Positions 1-8,579 of a stretch of DNA of 44,838 nucleotides are shown here, in pieces (the stretch's first letter is position 1; every line of letters begins with the position of its first letter). The stretch lies in the NCBI GenBank assembly GCA_017650925.1, contig JAGCDY010000074.1, forward strand, positions 1 through 44,838, read 5' to 3'. Both the position numbers and the translations under genes were made by a program. The notes under the pieces are model-generated. The model saw only the letters and a program-made list of their open reading frames with translations. It was not told the origin of the DNA and did not search any database. This DNA comes from a bacterium. Its GTDB lineage: Bacteria; Auribacterota; UBA3054.

Positions 1-76
1 CATGTATAAAAGTTTCGAGGCCAGGGGCGACGACTTCGCCGACTGCGCCCGTAAGTTCTCTTCAACCGAAAATTAA
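1..76 (+). CDS. murD: UDP-N-acetylmuramoyl-L-alanine--D-glutamate ligase, 3' end only (partial)
   Basis: Frame 2 reads MYKSFEARGDDFADCARKFSSTEN*, matching the MurD C-terminal 'DMFxxFEERGxxF' motif. It lies directly upstream of LysM-ftsW-murG. Too short for the ORF track. Confidence 0.8.
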   Translation, partial: MYKSFEARGDDFADCARKFSSTEN

Positions 77-100
77 CCAACCTTGAAAGAGAGGAACCAT

Positions 101-1123
101 ATGAACAAATCATTCTTAATCTTCCTGTTCACGGTAAGCCTGGTGGGCATCTTCTTCTTCGGCTGCGCCAAAGAGACGCCCCGCACAGACGTCACCCTTG
201 AACTGACTTCCCCGGATACCATCGAAGCGCTGGTGGAAAAAGACCTCAACACCATCGGCACCTCCTACCAGGACATCGACAATTTCCCCGAATCGACGCC
301 CGCCCAGGTGACCTACGTCGATTCTGTGGAAATGCAGAAACCCCTGAGAGTTTCGAACGACGATTCGCTCTACAAGGGCGAGGAGAGCATCGACGATTCC
401 GTAATAACTACCAGCAACGTCTCGCTCTGGGGCCCCGACACCGACAAGACGCTCGAGCCCCTGGGCCCGAGGGAGACCGTCTCCGTGGTTCCTCCCCCGA
501 CCGACGTGACGCCCATTGGCGAAACGAGTTCCTCGACCCAGATCACCCCGGTGGGCTCGGAGACTTCCTCCCAGGCCACGACGTCCTCCTTCTTGCAGCC
601 CAAGCCCGCGACTGAGACTTCGGTCGTCACCGCGCCTAACGCTGGTTACATCTATCAGGGCAACCAGGGATCCTCTTCCGGATACGTCGGCACGAGTGCC
701 GTCACTTCCGGCAACACCTACACCGTCCAGGCCGGCGACAACCTGATAAAGATAGCCCGCAAGTTCGGCGTCAAGGTCAACGACCTCTGCGAAGTCAACG
801 GCATTTCCCGCACCCAGATCCTGAAAGTCGGCCAGGTCCTCCAGATCCCCGGCGCCCAGGGCGGAACCGTTTCCAGCCAGCCTGCCCAGTCGAAGGAAGT
901 GAGCGCTTCCATCTCCTCGGTCGTGCAGCCCGCGAGCGCGAGCAGCGCCTCCAGTCAGACGGCCGCTCCCTCCGGAACGCAGAGCTACACCGTCCAGGCC
1001 GGCGACAGCTATTGGAAGCTCGCCAGACGCTTCAATTCCTCCGTCGAGGAACTGATGAGCCTGAACGGCACCAGCAGCGACAAGCTAAAGATCGGCCAGA
1101 CCATCATCGTCCCCAACCGTTGA
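101..1123 (+). CDS. LysM peptidoglycan-binding lipoprotein (two LysM domains, Ser/Thr/Pro-rich linker)
   Basis: ATG at 101 follows a GAGGA RBS, so I prefer it to the TTG at 83. Signal peptide with lipobox-like FFFGC. Two LysM repeats: YTVQAGDNLIKIARKFGV... and YTVQAGDSYWKLARRFNS... Confidence 0.88.
   Translation: MNKSFLIFLFTVSLVGIFFFGCAKETPRTDVTLELTSPDTIEALVEKDLNTIGTSYQDIDNFPESTPAQVTYVDSVEMQKPLRVSNDDSLYKGEESIDDSVITTSNVSLWGPDTDKTLEPLGPRETVSVVPPPTDVTPIGETSSSTQITPVGSETSSQATTSSFLQPKPATETSVVTAPNAGYIYQGNQGSSSGYVGTSAVTSGNTYTVQAGDNLIKIARKFGVKVNDLCEVNGISRTQILKVGQVLQIPGAQGGTVSSQPAQSKEVSASISSVVQPASASSASSQTAAPSGTQSYTVQAGDSYWKLARRFNSSVEELMSLNGTSSDKLKIGQTIIVPNR
718..1007 (+). repeat. 23-bp exact direct repeat (718-740 and 985-1007) at the start of both LysM domains
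   Basis: CTACACCGTCCAGGCCGGCGACA occurs twice and encodes YTVQAGD in each LysM. Confidence 0.85.
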
Positions 1124-1135
1124 TATAAGGAAAAC

Positions 1136-2281
1136 TTGAAAGCCATTGACAAGATACTGCCCTGGGTGTTTTTCTGCCTCGTTCTCGCGCTCTGCAGTTT
1201 CGGAGCGCTGATGGTGTATTCGTCCAGCGTTTACGTTGCCGAAAGGATCTATTCCGGCAACCAGTATTACTACTTCAAAAGAGAAGTGATGTGGCTTATC
1301 ATGGGATTCGGGGCCATGGCGCTGATGTACAAGATCCCTCTGGATCTTTTGGAGCGCCTGGCCCCCATAATCTACCTAACTTCCCTGCTGTTTTTGATCA
1401 TGGTGTTCTCGCCCTTGGGCGTGACTGTGAACGGCGCCAGGCGCTGGCTGAACTTCGGTTTCCTGAGGTTCCAGCCTTCCGAGGCGCTGAAGTACTCCAT
1501 GATCCTCGTGCTGGCCTGGTGGTATGAGCGCGTGAAAAGGGACGCCGGCTCTTTTGTCAAGGGCGCCCTCATCCCGGCTCTCATCATGGGGCTCGGCCTC
1601 GCCCTGGCCCTGGCCGGTAGAGACCTCGGCACGCCTCTTCTGATCGCCGTTGTCGGAGGAGCGGTCTGTTTCGCGGCCGGCATGCGTATCCAGTACATCG
1701 CCGCGGGCGCCGTCTGCGTGGCTGGCCTCGGCTACTATTACATCACGCACGAACAGTACCGCATAAAAAGGATACTGGCTTTCCTCGATCCGATGGACGA
1801 TCCTCTGGGCACCGGATACCAGAACCTCCAGGCCCTGATGGCCATCTGTTCCGGAAAGATCTCCGGGCTCGGCATCGGCAATTCCCTTATGAAGATGGAA
1901 TATCTGCCGGAAGCCCACACCGACTTCATCTACGCCGTCATAGGCGAGGAACTCGGCTTCTGCGGAACCGTGGCCGTGATCGCGGCCTTTTTCCTCCTGC
2001 TTCTCGTTATGTGGCGCCTTGTTTCCAAAATAGACGATACCTTCTGCCGCCTCACCGCTTTCGGCATAACGCTGGTGATAGGCGGACAGGCCATCGCCAA
2101 CATGGGCGTCGTCACCGCCATGTTCCCCAACAAGGGCATGGGTCTACCATTCATCAGCTACGGCGGCTCTTCGCTTCTTTTCCTTCTGGGGGCCTGCGGC
2201 CTCTTCCTGAACATGGTGAAGAACAAACCCAAAGCGCAAGTCGCCAGGCGCAGCGTCGTTTCCCGCACATCAGCCAAATGA
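1136..2281 (+). CDS. ftsW: SEDS peptidoglycan glycosyltransferase FtsW
   Basis: Motifs MVYSSS, NGARRW, FQPSE, YLPEAHTDFI, GEELG and LPFISYGGSS. TTG start after AAGGA. Located before murG. Confidence 0.95.
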   Translation: MKAIDKILPWVFFCLVLALCSFGALMVYSSSVYVAERIYSGNQYYYFKREVMWLIMGFGAMALMYKIPLDLLERLAPIIYLTSLLFLIMVFSPLGVTVNGARRWLNFGFLRFQPSEALKYSMILVLAWWYERVKRDAGSFVKGALIPALIMGLGLALALAGRDLGTPLLIAVVGGAVCFAAGMRIQYIAAGAVCVAGLGYYYITHEQYRIKRILAFLDPMDDPLGTGYQNLQALMAICSGKISGLGIGNSLMKMEYLPEAHTDFIYAVIGEELGFCGTVAVIAAFFLLLLVMWRLVSKIDDTFCRLTAFGITLVIGGQAIANMGVVTAMFPNKGMGLPFISYGGSSLLFLLGACGLFLNMVKNKPKAQVARRSVVSRTSAK

Positions 2282-3393
2282 AAGAACTGAAAAAGATATT
2301 GGTTAGCGGCGGCGGGACCGGCGGGCACATCATGCCGGCCATAGCGCTCTGCGAGGAAGTGAGGGAGCGTTTTCCCGAGGCCGAGATACATTTCGCCGGC
2401 CGCGGAGACTCCATGGAGGAACGCCTGGCCAAAAAGCACGGCCTTACGTTCCACCGAGTCCCCTCCTCCCCCAAAGGGCGCGGCTTAAGGATAATCAGAA
2501 ATTTCTTCGTGAACATCGCGGGCTTTTTCAAAAGCCTCGCGCTGATCATGAAATTGAAACCCCAAGCGGTGGCGGCCTTCGGCGGCTACACCAGCGCCCC
2601 GCTTCTGACCGCCGCCAAGCTTCTCGGCAAAAACGCCGTCATCCACGAATCGAACGCCATTCCCGGCCGCGTCACAAGGCTTCTGGCAAAGTTTGGCGTC
2701 AGGGTCGCCTGCGGGCTGGATTCCGATCATCCCGTAATGCTGAAGCTAAAAAAAGGGATCAAAAAGGAAACAAGTTTCGCGATAACCGGAAATCCTCTTA
2801 GGAAAGCTTTCTCCGAACCGGCCAACGATCTTTCAAAAGAACTTCCCGGATATGACGAAAGCAAGCCCCTGCTTTTGGTCTTCGGCGGCTCCCAGGGCGC
2901 GCACAACATAAACATGCTCCTGGCCCGCTCTCTCTCGAAACTAAAAGACTCCTGCCCCTCTTTGCAGGTAGCCCATCTCTGCGGGGAAAACGACATCGGG
3001 ACCCTGAAGCCGGCTTATGAAAACGTCAAGCTGACCTACTGGCTCTTCCCCTTCTTCGACGATATCGCTTCCCTTATGAAAAAGTCCGACCTTTGCGTGG
3101 CCAGGTCCGGCGCCCTTTCCGTCACCGAGATCTGCGCCTCAAAGCTTCCGGCCGTGCTGATCCCTCTGCCGTTCGCGGCCGACAATCACCAGCTGGCGAA
3201 CGCGAGAGTCCTGGAAAAGGCCGGAGCGGCCATTATAAGGGAGGAAAAGGACCTGACGGCCTCCAACCTCTCCGAGACCATATTTACGCTTTTAAATGAC
3301 GAAAACAGGCGTTCGTCCATGGCGGAAGCCGGCGAGAAAGTTTTCATAAAGGACGCTCCCTTTGAACTCTTGAAATTCATCATGGCGGTATGA
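2278..3393 (+). CDS. murG: Lipid II GlcNAc transferase MurG
   Basis: Motifs GGGTGGH, GGY, HESNAIPG, TGNPLR, FGGSQGA, RSGA and HQLANA. ATG at 2278 overlaps the ftsW stop (ATGA). Confidence 0.95.
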   Translation: MKELKKILVSGGGTGGHIMPAIALCEEVRERFPEAEIHFAGRGDSMEERLAKKHGLTFHRVPSSPKGRGLRIIRNFFVNIAGFFKSLALIMKLKPQAVAAFGGYTSAPLLTAAKLLGKNAVIHESNAIPGRVTRLLAKFGVRVACGLDSDHPVMLKLKKGIKKETSFAITGNPLRKAFSEPANDLSKELPGYDESKPLLLVFGGSQGAHNINMLLARSLSKLKDSCPSLQVAHLCGENDIGTLKPAYENVKLTYWLFPFFDDIASLMKKSDLCVARSGALSVTEICASKLPAVLIPLPFAADNHQLANARVLEKAGAAIIREEKDLTASNLSETIFTLLNDENRRSSMAEAGEKVFIKDAPFELLKFIMAV

Positions 3394-4781
3394 GAGACGG
3401 CGACAGATTAAGCTTTTATTTCTGCGGCATCGCAGGCTGCGGCATGGATCCCCTGGCTCGCTTCATGGCTAGGGACGGATACTCCGTCCGCGGCAGCGAT
3501 ATCAAGGAGTCGCCGGAATTGGAGAAACTGCGTTCCGAAGGCATCGAGTGCTTCGCCTGTCAGGACGGGACCAAACTCAAAGAGGGCGATGTCTTCGTCT
3601 ACAGCAGCGCCATCCACGACGACAATCCCGACATGATGAGGGCCAAGGAACTTAACCTCACGATGCTTCACCGCTCCGAACTTCTGTCCCAGGTCGCCGC
3701 GCGCCACAAAGCCGTTACGGTAGCGGGAATGCACGGAAAGACGACGGTCTCTTCTTTGATCGCCTTCCTTATGGCGGAAGGCGGGCTCGATCCCAGCGCC
3801 GTGATAGGCGGCTTCGTTCCGGCCTTCAACGGAAACTTCAGGAAAGGGGCGAGCGATTATCTCGTCCTGGAAGCCGACGAGAGCGACGGCACCTTCGTAA
3901 GATACGCCTCCACTGTCGCGGTGCTCCTCAACATCGACGCCGACCACCTCGACCATTACAAGGACATAAACGAAATAGAGAAAGCCTTCGCGGTCTACGT
4001 GAACAACATCGTTCCCGGAGGAACGCTCGTCTACAATTGCGAGGACGAGATCTGCTGCCGCCTCGCGAAGAACGCCAGGCCGGACATAAGGAAAGTAAAA
4101 TGCGCCATAGGCGCCCTTGCTTTGGACAAAGCCGATTACATCGGCATCGACATCGCGCTCTCCGACCTTTCCTCGACCTTTACGTTCCTCAAAAACGGCG
4201 AAGCGAAAAAATCGTTCCCCGTGATCTGCCCGCTCCCCGGCAGCCACAACGTTTTCAACGCCGTCATCTCCCTGGCCTGCGCCGAAGTTTGCGGCGCCGA
4301 TCCGGAGGAAGCGAGCCATAGCCTTCCCAAATTCAAAAACGCCCGCAGGCGCTTCGAGCTGCTGGGAAAGTGGCACGGCGCCGAGATCATTGACGATTAC
4401 GCCCATCATCCGAAAGAAATTGAAGCGCTGCTAAGATCCGCCTCAAGACTTGAGGGCGAGCTTACGGTCGTTTTCCAGCCGCACCGTTTCTCCAGGACGG
4501 AGAAACTCCTGCCGGAATTTGCCGAAGTTCTCTCGAAAGCTCCCAACCTCATACTGACGGACGTTTACAGCGCGGGCGAAAGCAAGAACAAAATCGGCGG
4601 ACACGAACTCTATGAAGCCGTGCTCGCCGTGGGAGGACAGGCGGAATGGGCCGACGCTCCCAGTGACATTCCGGCCATTCTGCTAAAGAGAAGCGCGAAC
4701 TGGAAATTCCCCCATACCCTACTTTTCACGGGCGCGGGAGCGCTTTCCGGCCTCGCTCACGAAATGCTTAAAAACCAATAG
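3390..4781 (+). CDS. murC: UDP-N-acetylmuramate--L-alanine ligase
   Basis: Motifs GIAGCGM, GSD, AGMHGKTT, EADESDGTF, DHLDHY, RRFE, DDYAHHP and FQPHRFSRT. Confidence 0.95.
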   Translation: MRDGDRLSFYFCGIAGCGMDPLARFMARDGYSVRGSDIKESPELEKLRSEGIECFACQDGTKLKEGDVFVYSSAIHDDNPDMMRAKELNLTMLHRSELLSQVAARHKAVTVAGMHGKTTVSSLIAFLMAEGGLDPSAVIGGFVPAFNGNFRKGASDYLVLEADESDGTFVRYASTVAVLLNIDADHLDHYKDINEIEKAFAVYVNNIVPGGTLVYNCEDEICCRLAKNARPDIRKVKCAIGALALDKADYIGIDIALSDLSSTFTFLKNGEAKKSFPVICPLPGSHNVFNAVISLACAEVCGADPEEASHSLPKFKNARRRFELLGKWHGAEIIDDYAHHPKEIEALLRSASRLEGELTVVFQPHRFSRTEKLLPEFAEVLSKAPNLILTDVYSAGESKNKIGGHELYEAVLAVGGQAEWADAPSDIPAILLKRSANWKFPHTLLFTGAGALSGLAHEMLKNQ

Positions 4782-4788
4782 AGGGATT

Positions 4789-5592
4789 ATGTATACAACG
4801 AAAAACCAAAGGGTCGCCAGCCGCCCGGAAGTGACAAGAGCAAGGCTGAAAGGCATCGCCGGCAAGATCATCAAGACGCTCGTAATAATAGGAGCCGTCC
4901 TGGGCACGCTGTACGGGATCTGCAAGGCGGGGGAAAAGTTCCTCATGTCTGACGATTTCATGATCAAAAGCGTCGTCGTGAAGGGCAACTATTCCGTGAG
5001 CAAAGAGGCCATCGTGAGGGCCGGCGGTCTTTACGCCAACATGAACATCTACTTTTTGGAGACTGAAAGGATCAAGCAGGGCATCCTCCGCCATCCCGAC
5101 ATCGAGAAAGCCGAGATCGAACGCGAGATACCGACCAACCTCATAATCCGCGTCAAGGAAAGGGAGACGGTGGTGCTTCTGAAAACGCCCAAGGGCAGGA
5201 CTCTTCCCATGGACCGCCACGGGCACATCCTAAGCGACAACAAGCTTGAGAACACCGCCGGCCTCCCGATCGTCATGACCGACAATGAGATCGGCCTGCC
5301 CGGCCACAAATGCCAGGACAAAAAAGTCCTGTCCGCCATAAGCTACCTCATGGTCATACGCCACGCTCCCGAAAGAAATTTCCTGAAGATAAAAACGGTC
5401 GACACGAGGCAGAAAGACGCGCTCGTTTTCAAGACCGCTTCCATCGAAGAGATACTGTTTAGCGAAGAGTATTCCAGCGACGAGGTCGCCAAGATTTTTG
5501 AAGTGGTCAAGAATCTGCGCGAGACCGGCCGCGTAGCAGCTAAAATCGACGCCCGCTACGAAGACGTGGCGGTCGTTTGCAAATACCTATAG
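4789..5592 (+). CDS. ftsQ: Cell division protein FtsQ/DivIB (POTRA domain)
   Basis: Basic N-terminus, one TM segment, POTRA-like 'F.IKSVVVKGN...HPDIEKAEIEREIPTNLIIRVKER' and C-terminal IDARY. Located before ftsA. Confidence 0.85.
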   Translation: MYTTKNQRVASRPEVTRARLKGIAGKIIKTLVIIGAVLGTLYGICKAGEKFLMSDDFMIKSVVVKGNYSVSKEAIVRAGGLYANMNIYFLETERIKQGILRHPDIEKAEIEREIPTNLIIRVKERETVVLLKTPKGRTLPMDRHGHILSDNKLENTAGLPIVMTDNEIGLPGHKCQDKKVLSAISYLMVIRHAPERNFLKIKTVDTRQKDALVFKTASIEEILFSEEYSSDEVAKIFEVVKNLRETGRVAAKIDARYEDVAVVCKYL

Positions 5593-5597
5593 CGATT

Positions 5598-6830
5598 ATG
5601 GCAAAAGACAAGATCTATTCGGCCATAGACCTCGGGTCCCAGACTATCAGGGCGGCCATAGGCCGTCTTAATGAGGACGGGTCCCTGGAGGTCATAGGCT
5701 ACGGAACCGCCTCTTCCGAAGGCATCATAAAAGGGCGCGTGGAAGACGCGAACGCCGCCCAGGAAGCGATCAAGAAAGCCGTGCTGGCCGCGGAAAACGA
5801 CGTGAAGACCAGACTCCCCTACCAGATGCAGGAAGTCATCACGAGCGTGACGGGATCGATAATCTCGGGCGAGCAGGACGGCACCACCGTATCCAACAAC
5901 ATGAGGGACGGCAAGATCACGGAAAAGCTGCTCTTCGAGATCGACGGCCTTTTTGAGGAACGCTTCACCCACAAGGACCGCAAGCCGATCCACATCTACG
6001 TGACGGAATACAACGTTGACAACGTCAGGGAAACGAGCCAGGCCAGCGTCCTGGAAATGCAGGGCGAGAAGATCGGCGCCAAGGGCTTCGGCATCCTGGG
6101 CGATTCCGCCATACTTGACAAAATTGCCGGAACGCTGAACAACGCCGGGCACACGGTCGAGATCTTCTGCTTCGACGTGGTGGCGGACGGCTATTCCGTT
6201 CTGACCCCCGAACAGAGGCAGATCGGTTCGCTTGTGATCAACGCCGGCGCCGGCAGCACCGATTTCGCGTTCTGGAAAAACGGCATCGTCCAGTTCATCG
6301 GAAGCTTCCCGGTGGGCGGCGACCACGTGACGAACGACCTGGCGCTGGGCCTCAACATGCCCTTCAAGGCGGCCGAGGATCTGAAGTGCCAGTACGACAA
6401 GAACGAAACGGAAGTCAGAGTAGGCGGCAAGCTCTACAAGACCCGCTCGGTCGACACCATCGTGCAGGCCAGGACGGAGGAGACCGTCCGCTACATAGCC
6501 GACAAGATCAAGCAGAACGGCATGCTGAGCCAGATCCAGGGCGGCATTTTCCTGACCGGCAACGCGGCCAAATCGAGCTTCATAACCTATATGCGCAGGG
6601 AGTTCTCATCGCTGGAAGTCCGCAACGCCTATCCGATCATTCCGGCGGAACCTGACAACTCTGATCCTAGTGACACCGGCCGGTTGTATTCCCCCTACTA
6701 CGGAAACAAATTCCAGACCGACGCGGGCTCCTCGACCATTCTCGGCATGCTTGTCTACGCCGCCAAGGAAGACATACATTCCTCTAAAAAAAGCTCCTCC
6801 GGGATCTTCAAATTCTTCAATCTGCTATGA
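5598..6830 (+). CDS. ftsA: Cell division protein FtsA (divergent)
   Basis: Motifs AIDLGSQTI, SEGIIKG, PVGGDHVTNDLA, AEDLK and IVQARTEE, plus an amphipathic C-terminus GIFKFFNLL. Lies between ftsQ and ftsZ. ATG at 5598 preferred. Confidence 0.9.
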   Translation: MAKDKIYSAIDLGSQTIRAAIGRLNEDGSLEVIGYGTASSEGIIKGRVEDANAAQEAIKKAVLAAENDVKTRLPYQMQEVITSVTGSIISGEQDGTTVSNNMRDGKITEKLLFEIDGLFEERFTHKDRKPIHIYVTEYNVDNVRETSQASVLEMQGEKIGAKGFGILGDSAILDKIAGTLNNAGHTVEIFCFDVVADGYSVLTPEQRQIGSLVINAGAGSTDFAFWKNGIVQFIGSFPVGGDHVTNDLALGLNMPFKAAEDLKCQYDKNETEVRVGGKLYKTRSVDTIVQARTEETVRYIADKIKQNGMLSQIQGGIFLTGNAAKSSFITYMRREFSSLEVRNAYPIIPAEPDNSDPSDTGRLYSPYYGNKFQTDAGSSTILGMLVYAAKEDIHSSKKSSSGIFKFFNLL

Positions 6831-7951
6831 AAGACAACCAACTTCTGATAAAAGTCATAGGCGTCGGCGGCTGCGGCTGCAACACCGTTTCCAACATTGA
6901 GAAACAGTATTCCGAGATCCTCGGCCCCAACTTCGAATTCTACGGAGTCGACACCGACTTCATAAGCCTGGCGAACCAGGGCGTCTCCAACAAGGTGCAG
7001 ATCGGCACGCTCGGCATCGGGACGGCCAAGGATCCCATGAAGGGAGCGGAAGCCGCCCAGAAGAGCATTCAGCAAATAAAAGAGATGATCCAGGGCGTGG
7101 ACATTGCCATACTGTGCGCCGGATTAAGCGGCGGCACGGGTTCGGGCGCCACGGGCGTCATCGCCCAGGCGGCCGCCGGAAATCCGGGTTGCGTAGTGAT
7201 GGCTTCGGTCACTCTCCCCTTCTACTACGACGACCAGAAAAAGCAGGAGGCAGCGAAAGCCGCCCTCAGGAACATCAAGGAAGTCGTGCCGGTAGTATTG
7301 CCCGTGCAGAACGGCGTCGGCATAGAGGACGAGAACGTCCCCTTCCTGGAAGTTTTGAGAGCCACAGACAGGAACGTCATCTCGCTCCTTGAGATGATCA
7401 AGGTGATAACCGGCTCCACCAGCACAGAGAGCTTGGATTTCAGCGAATTTTTAAGCGTGGCCTCCACGCCCGGCAACGCCATGATCGGCATCGGCGAGGC
7501 GGACGGCGAACAGGCCGTCTCCGTCGCCATAAGCCTGGCCCGCGCTCCCAAAAACATGTCGTACGGCGACTACTCCCTGAAAGACGCCTCCAAGCTCGCG
7601 CTTATGATAATGGGCAACGGCGGGATCTCCTACAAGCAGATAAAGGACGCGAGGACCACGCTGCAAAACGAGATCGGCTACCAGACGGAAGTGTTCAACG
7701 GCCTTTACGTCGACAATTCACTCGAGAAAGTGAAAGTCATAATGTTCGCCACCGGCATGAACGATCCGAAGGAAATCTCCGCGCCGAGCTTTCAGACGGA
7801 AATGACTGTCGCCGGTCCCGGCGACCAGGTGGAAATGGGCTTCCTTTCGGCGGACGAAGGCTACTTCAAGGGAACGGCCCCCGCTTACTTTGAGAACATC
7901 AACTACGACAGGCCGACTTTCCTTAGAAAAAATCTCAGGATCGAGCAGTAA
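6827..7951 (+). CDS. ftsZ: Cell division protein FtsZ (divergent)
   Basis: IKVIGVGGCGCN, tubulin signature AGLSGGTGSGA, LDF, AMIGIGEA and C-terminal core DRPTFLRK. ATGA overlap with ftsA. Confidence 0.92.
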   Translation: MKDNQLLIKVIGVGGCGCNTVSNIEKQYSEILGPNFEFYGVDTDFISLANQGVSNKVQIGTLGIGTAKDPMKGAEAAQKSIQQIKEMIQGVDIAILCAGLSGGTGSGATGVIAQAAAGNPGCVVMASVTLPFYYDDQKKQEAAKAALRNIKEVVPVVLPVQNGVGIEDENVPFLEVLRATDRNVISLLEMIKVITGSTSTESLDFSEFLSVASTPGNAMIGIGEADGEQAVSVAISLARAPKNMSYGDYSLKDASKLALMIMGNGGISYKQIKDARTTLQNEIGYQTEVFNGLYVDNSLEKVKVIMFATGMNDPKEISAPSFQTEMTVAGPGDQVEMGFLSADEGYFKGTAPAYFENINYDRPTFLRKNLRIEQ

Positions 7952-7953
7952 GA

Positions 7954-8514
7954 CTACTCGATGAAGACAGCCGCCGCGACCACGGTCTTCCAGAGGCCGT
8001 TCTTGTCGCCCCTGGCGGACTGGGTGCAGTTGGTGGTGCGGACAAAGCGGCCGCTCATGCGGTACATCTCTTTCCTTTCGTCCCAGTCGGCGTCGGGATC
8101 CATGTCGACGCCCAAAGTGGTGGCCAGCATCGTGGCCGCCAGATCCTCGGCGTATTCGCCGGCCGTCTCGTCCGTTTCGCCGTAGGTGTGGTGTTCCGAA
8201 AGGTAGCCGTAGTGGTTGCCGTCGGCGGGCTGGGCCAAGCCTACGGAGGCGACGATCTGTCGCCCGGGCTCGTTGGTGTCGATCCTGGCCATGACGGTGA
8301 AAGTGATCTCTCCGGGATTAAGAAGGGCAATGCCTTTGTGTCTGGGAATGATCTTGCAGCGGGGCGGCAGAATGCTTGAAACCGTAACTAGATTGCAAGC
8401 CTGTATGCCGGCCATGCGCAGCGCGTCTTCAAAACTGCTGAGGCGGTCCTTGTGGACGCCAACGCCCTTGGTAAAGAAAACCTGGCTGGGAATCATCTTA
8501 TCTCGGAGCTCCAA
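7954..8514 (-). CDS. pdaD: Pyruvoyl-dependent arginine decarboxylase
   Basis: Motifs [29 protein letters not shown] (Ser-Ser autocleavage site), YGYLSEHH and [14 protein letters not shown]. The start may instead be the ATG at 8496. Confidence 0.9.
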   Translation of the reverse strand: MELRDKMIPSQVFFTKGVGVHKDRLSSFEDALRMAGIQACNLVTVSSILPPRCKIIPRHKGIALLNPGEITFTVMARIDTNEPGRQIVASVGLAQPADGNHYGYLSEHHTYGETDETAGEYAEDLAATMLATTLGVDMDPDADWDERKEMYRMSGRFVRTTNCTQSARGDKNGLWKTVVAAAVFIE

Positions 8515-8546
8515 ATAATTAAAAGTTAAAAGTTTGACTGGGGGAT

Positions 8547-8575
8547 ATTGTAATATAACCCCCAGTATATGTCAA
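8547..8575 (-). promoter_or_regulatory. Sigma70-type promoter for pdaD (TTGACA-N17-TACAAT)
   Basis: The minus strand reads TTGACA tatactgggggttatat TACAAT. An inverted repeat ACTGGGGG...CCCCCAGT (8537-8566) overlaps it. Confidence 0.7.
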
Positions 8576-8579
8576 AAGG

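Noticed and set aside
2011-2277. N-terminal extension of murG in the ORF track (460 aa)
   Set aside because: It overlaps ftsW out of frame. MurG homology starts at MKELKKILVSGGGTGGH, with an ATGA coupling at 2278.
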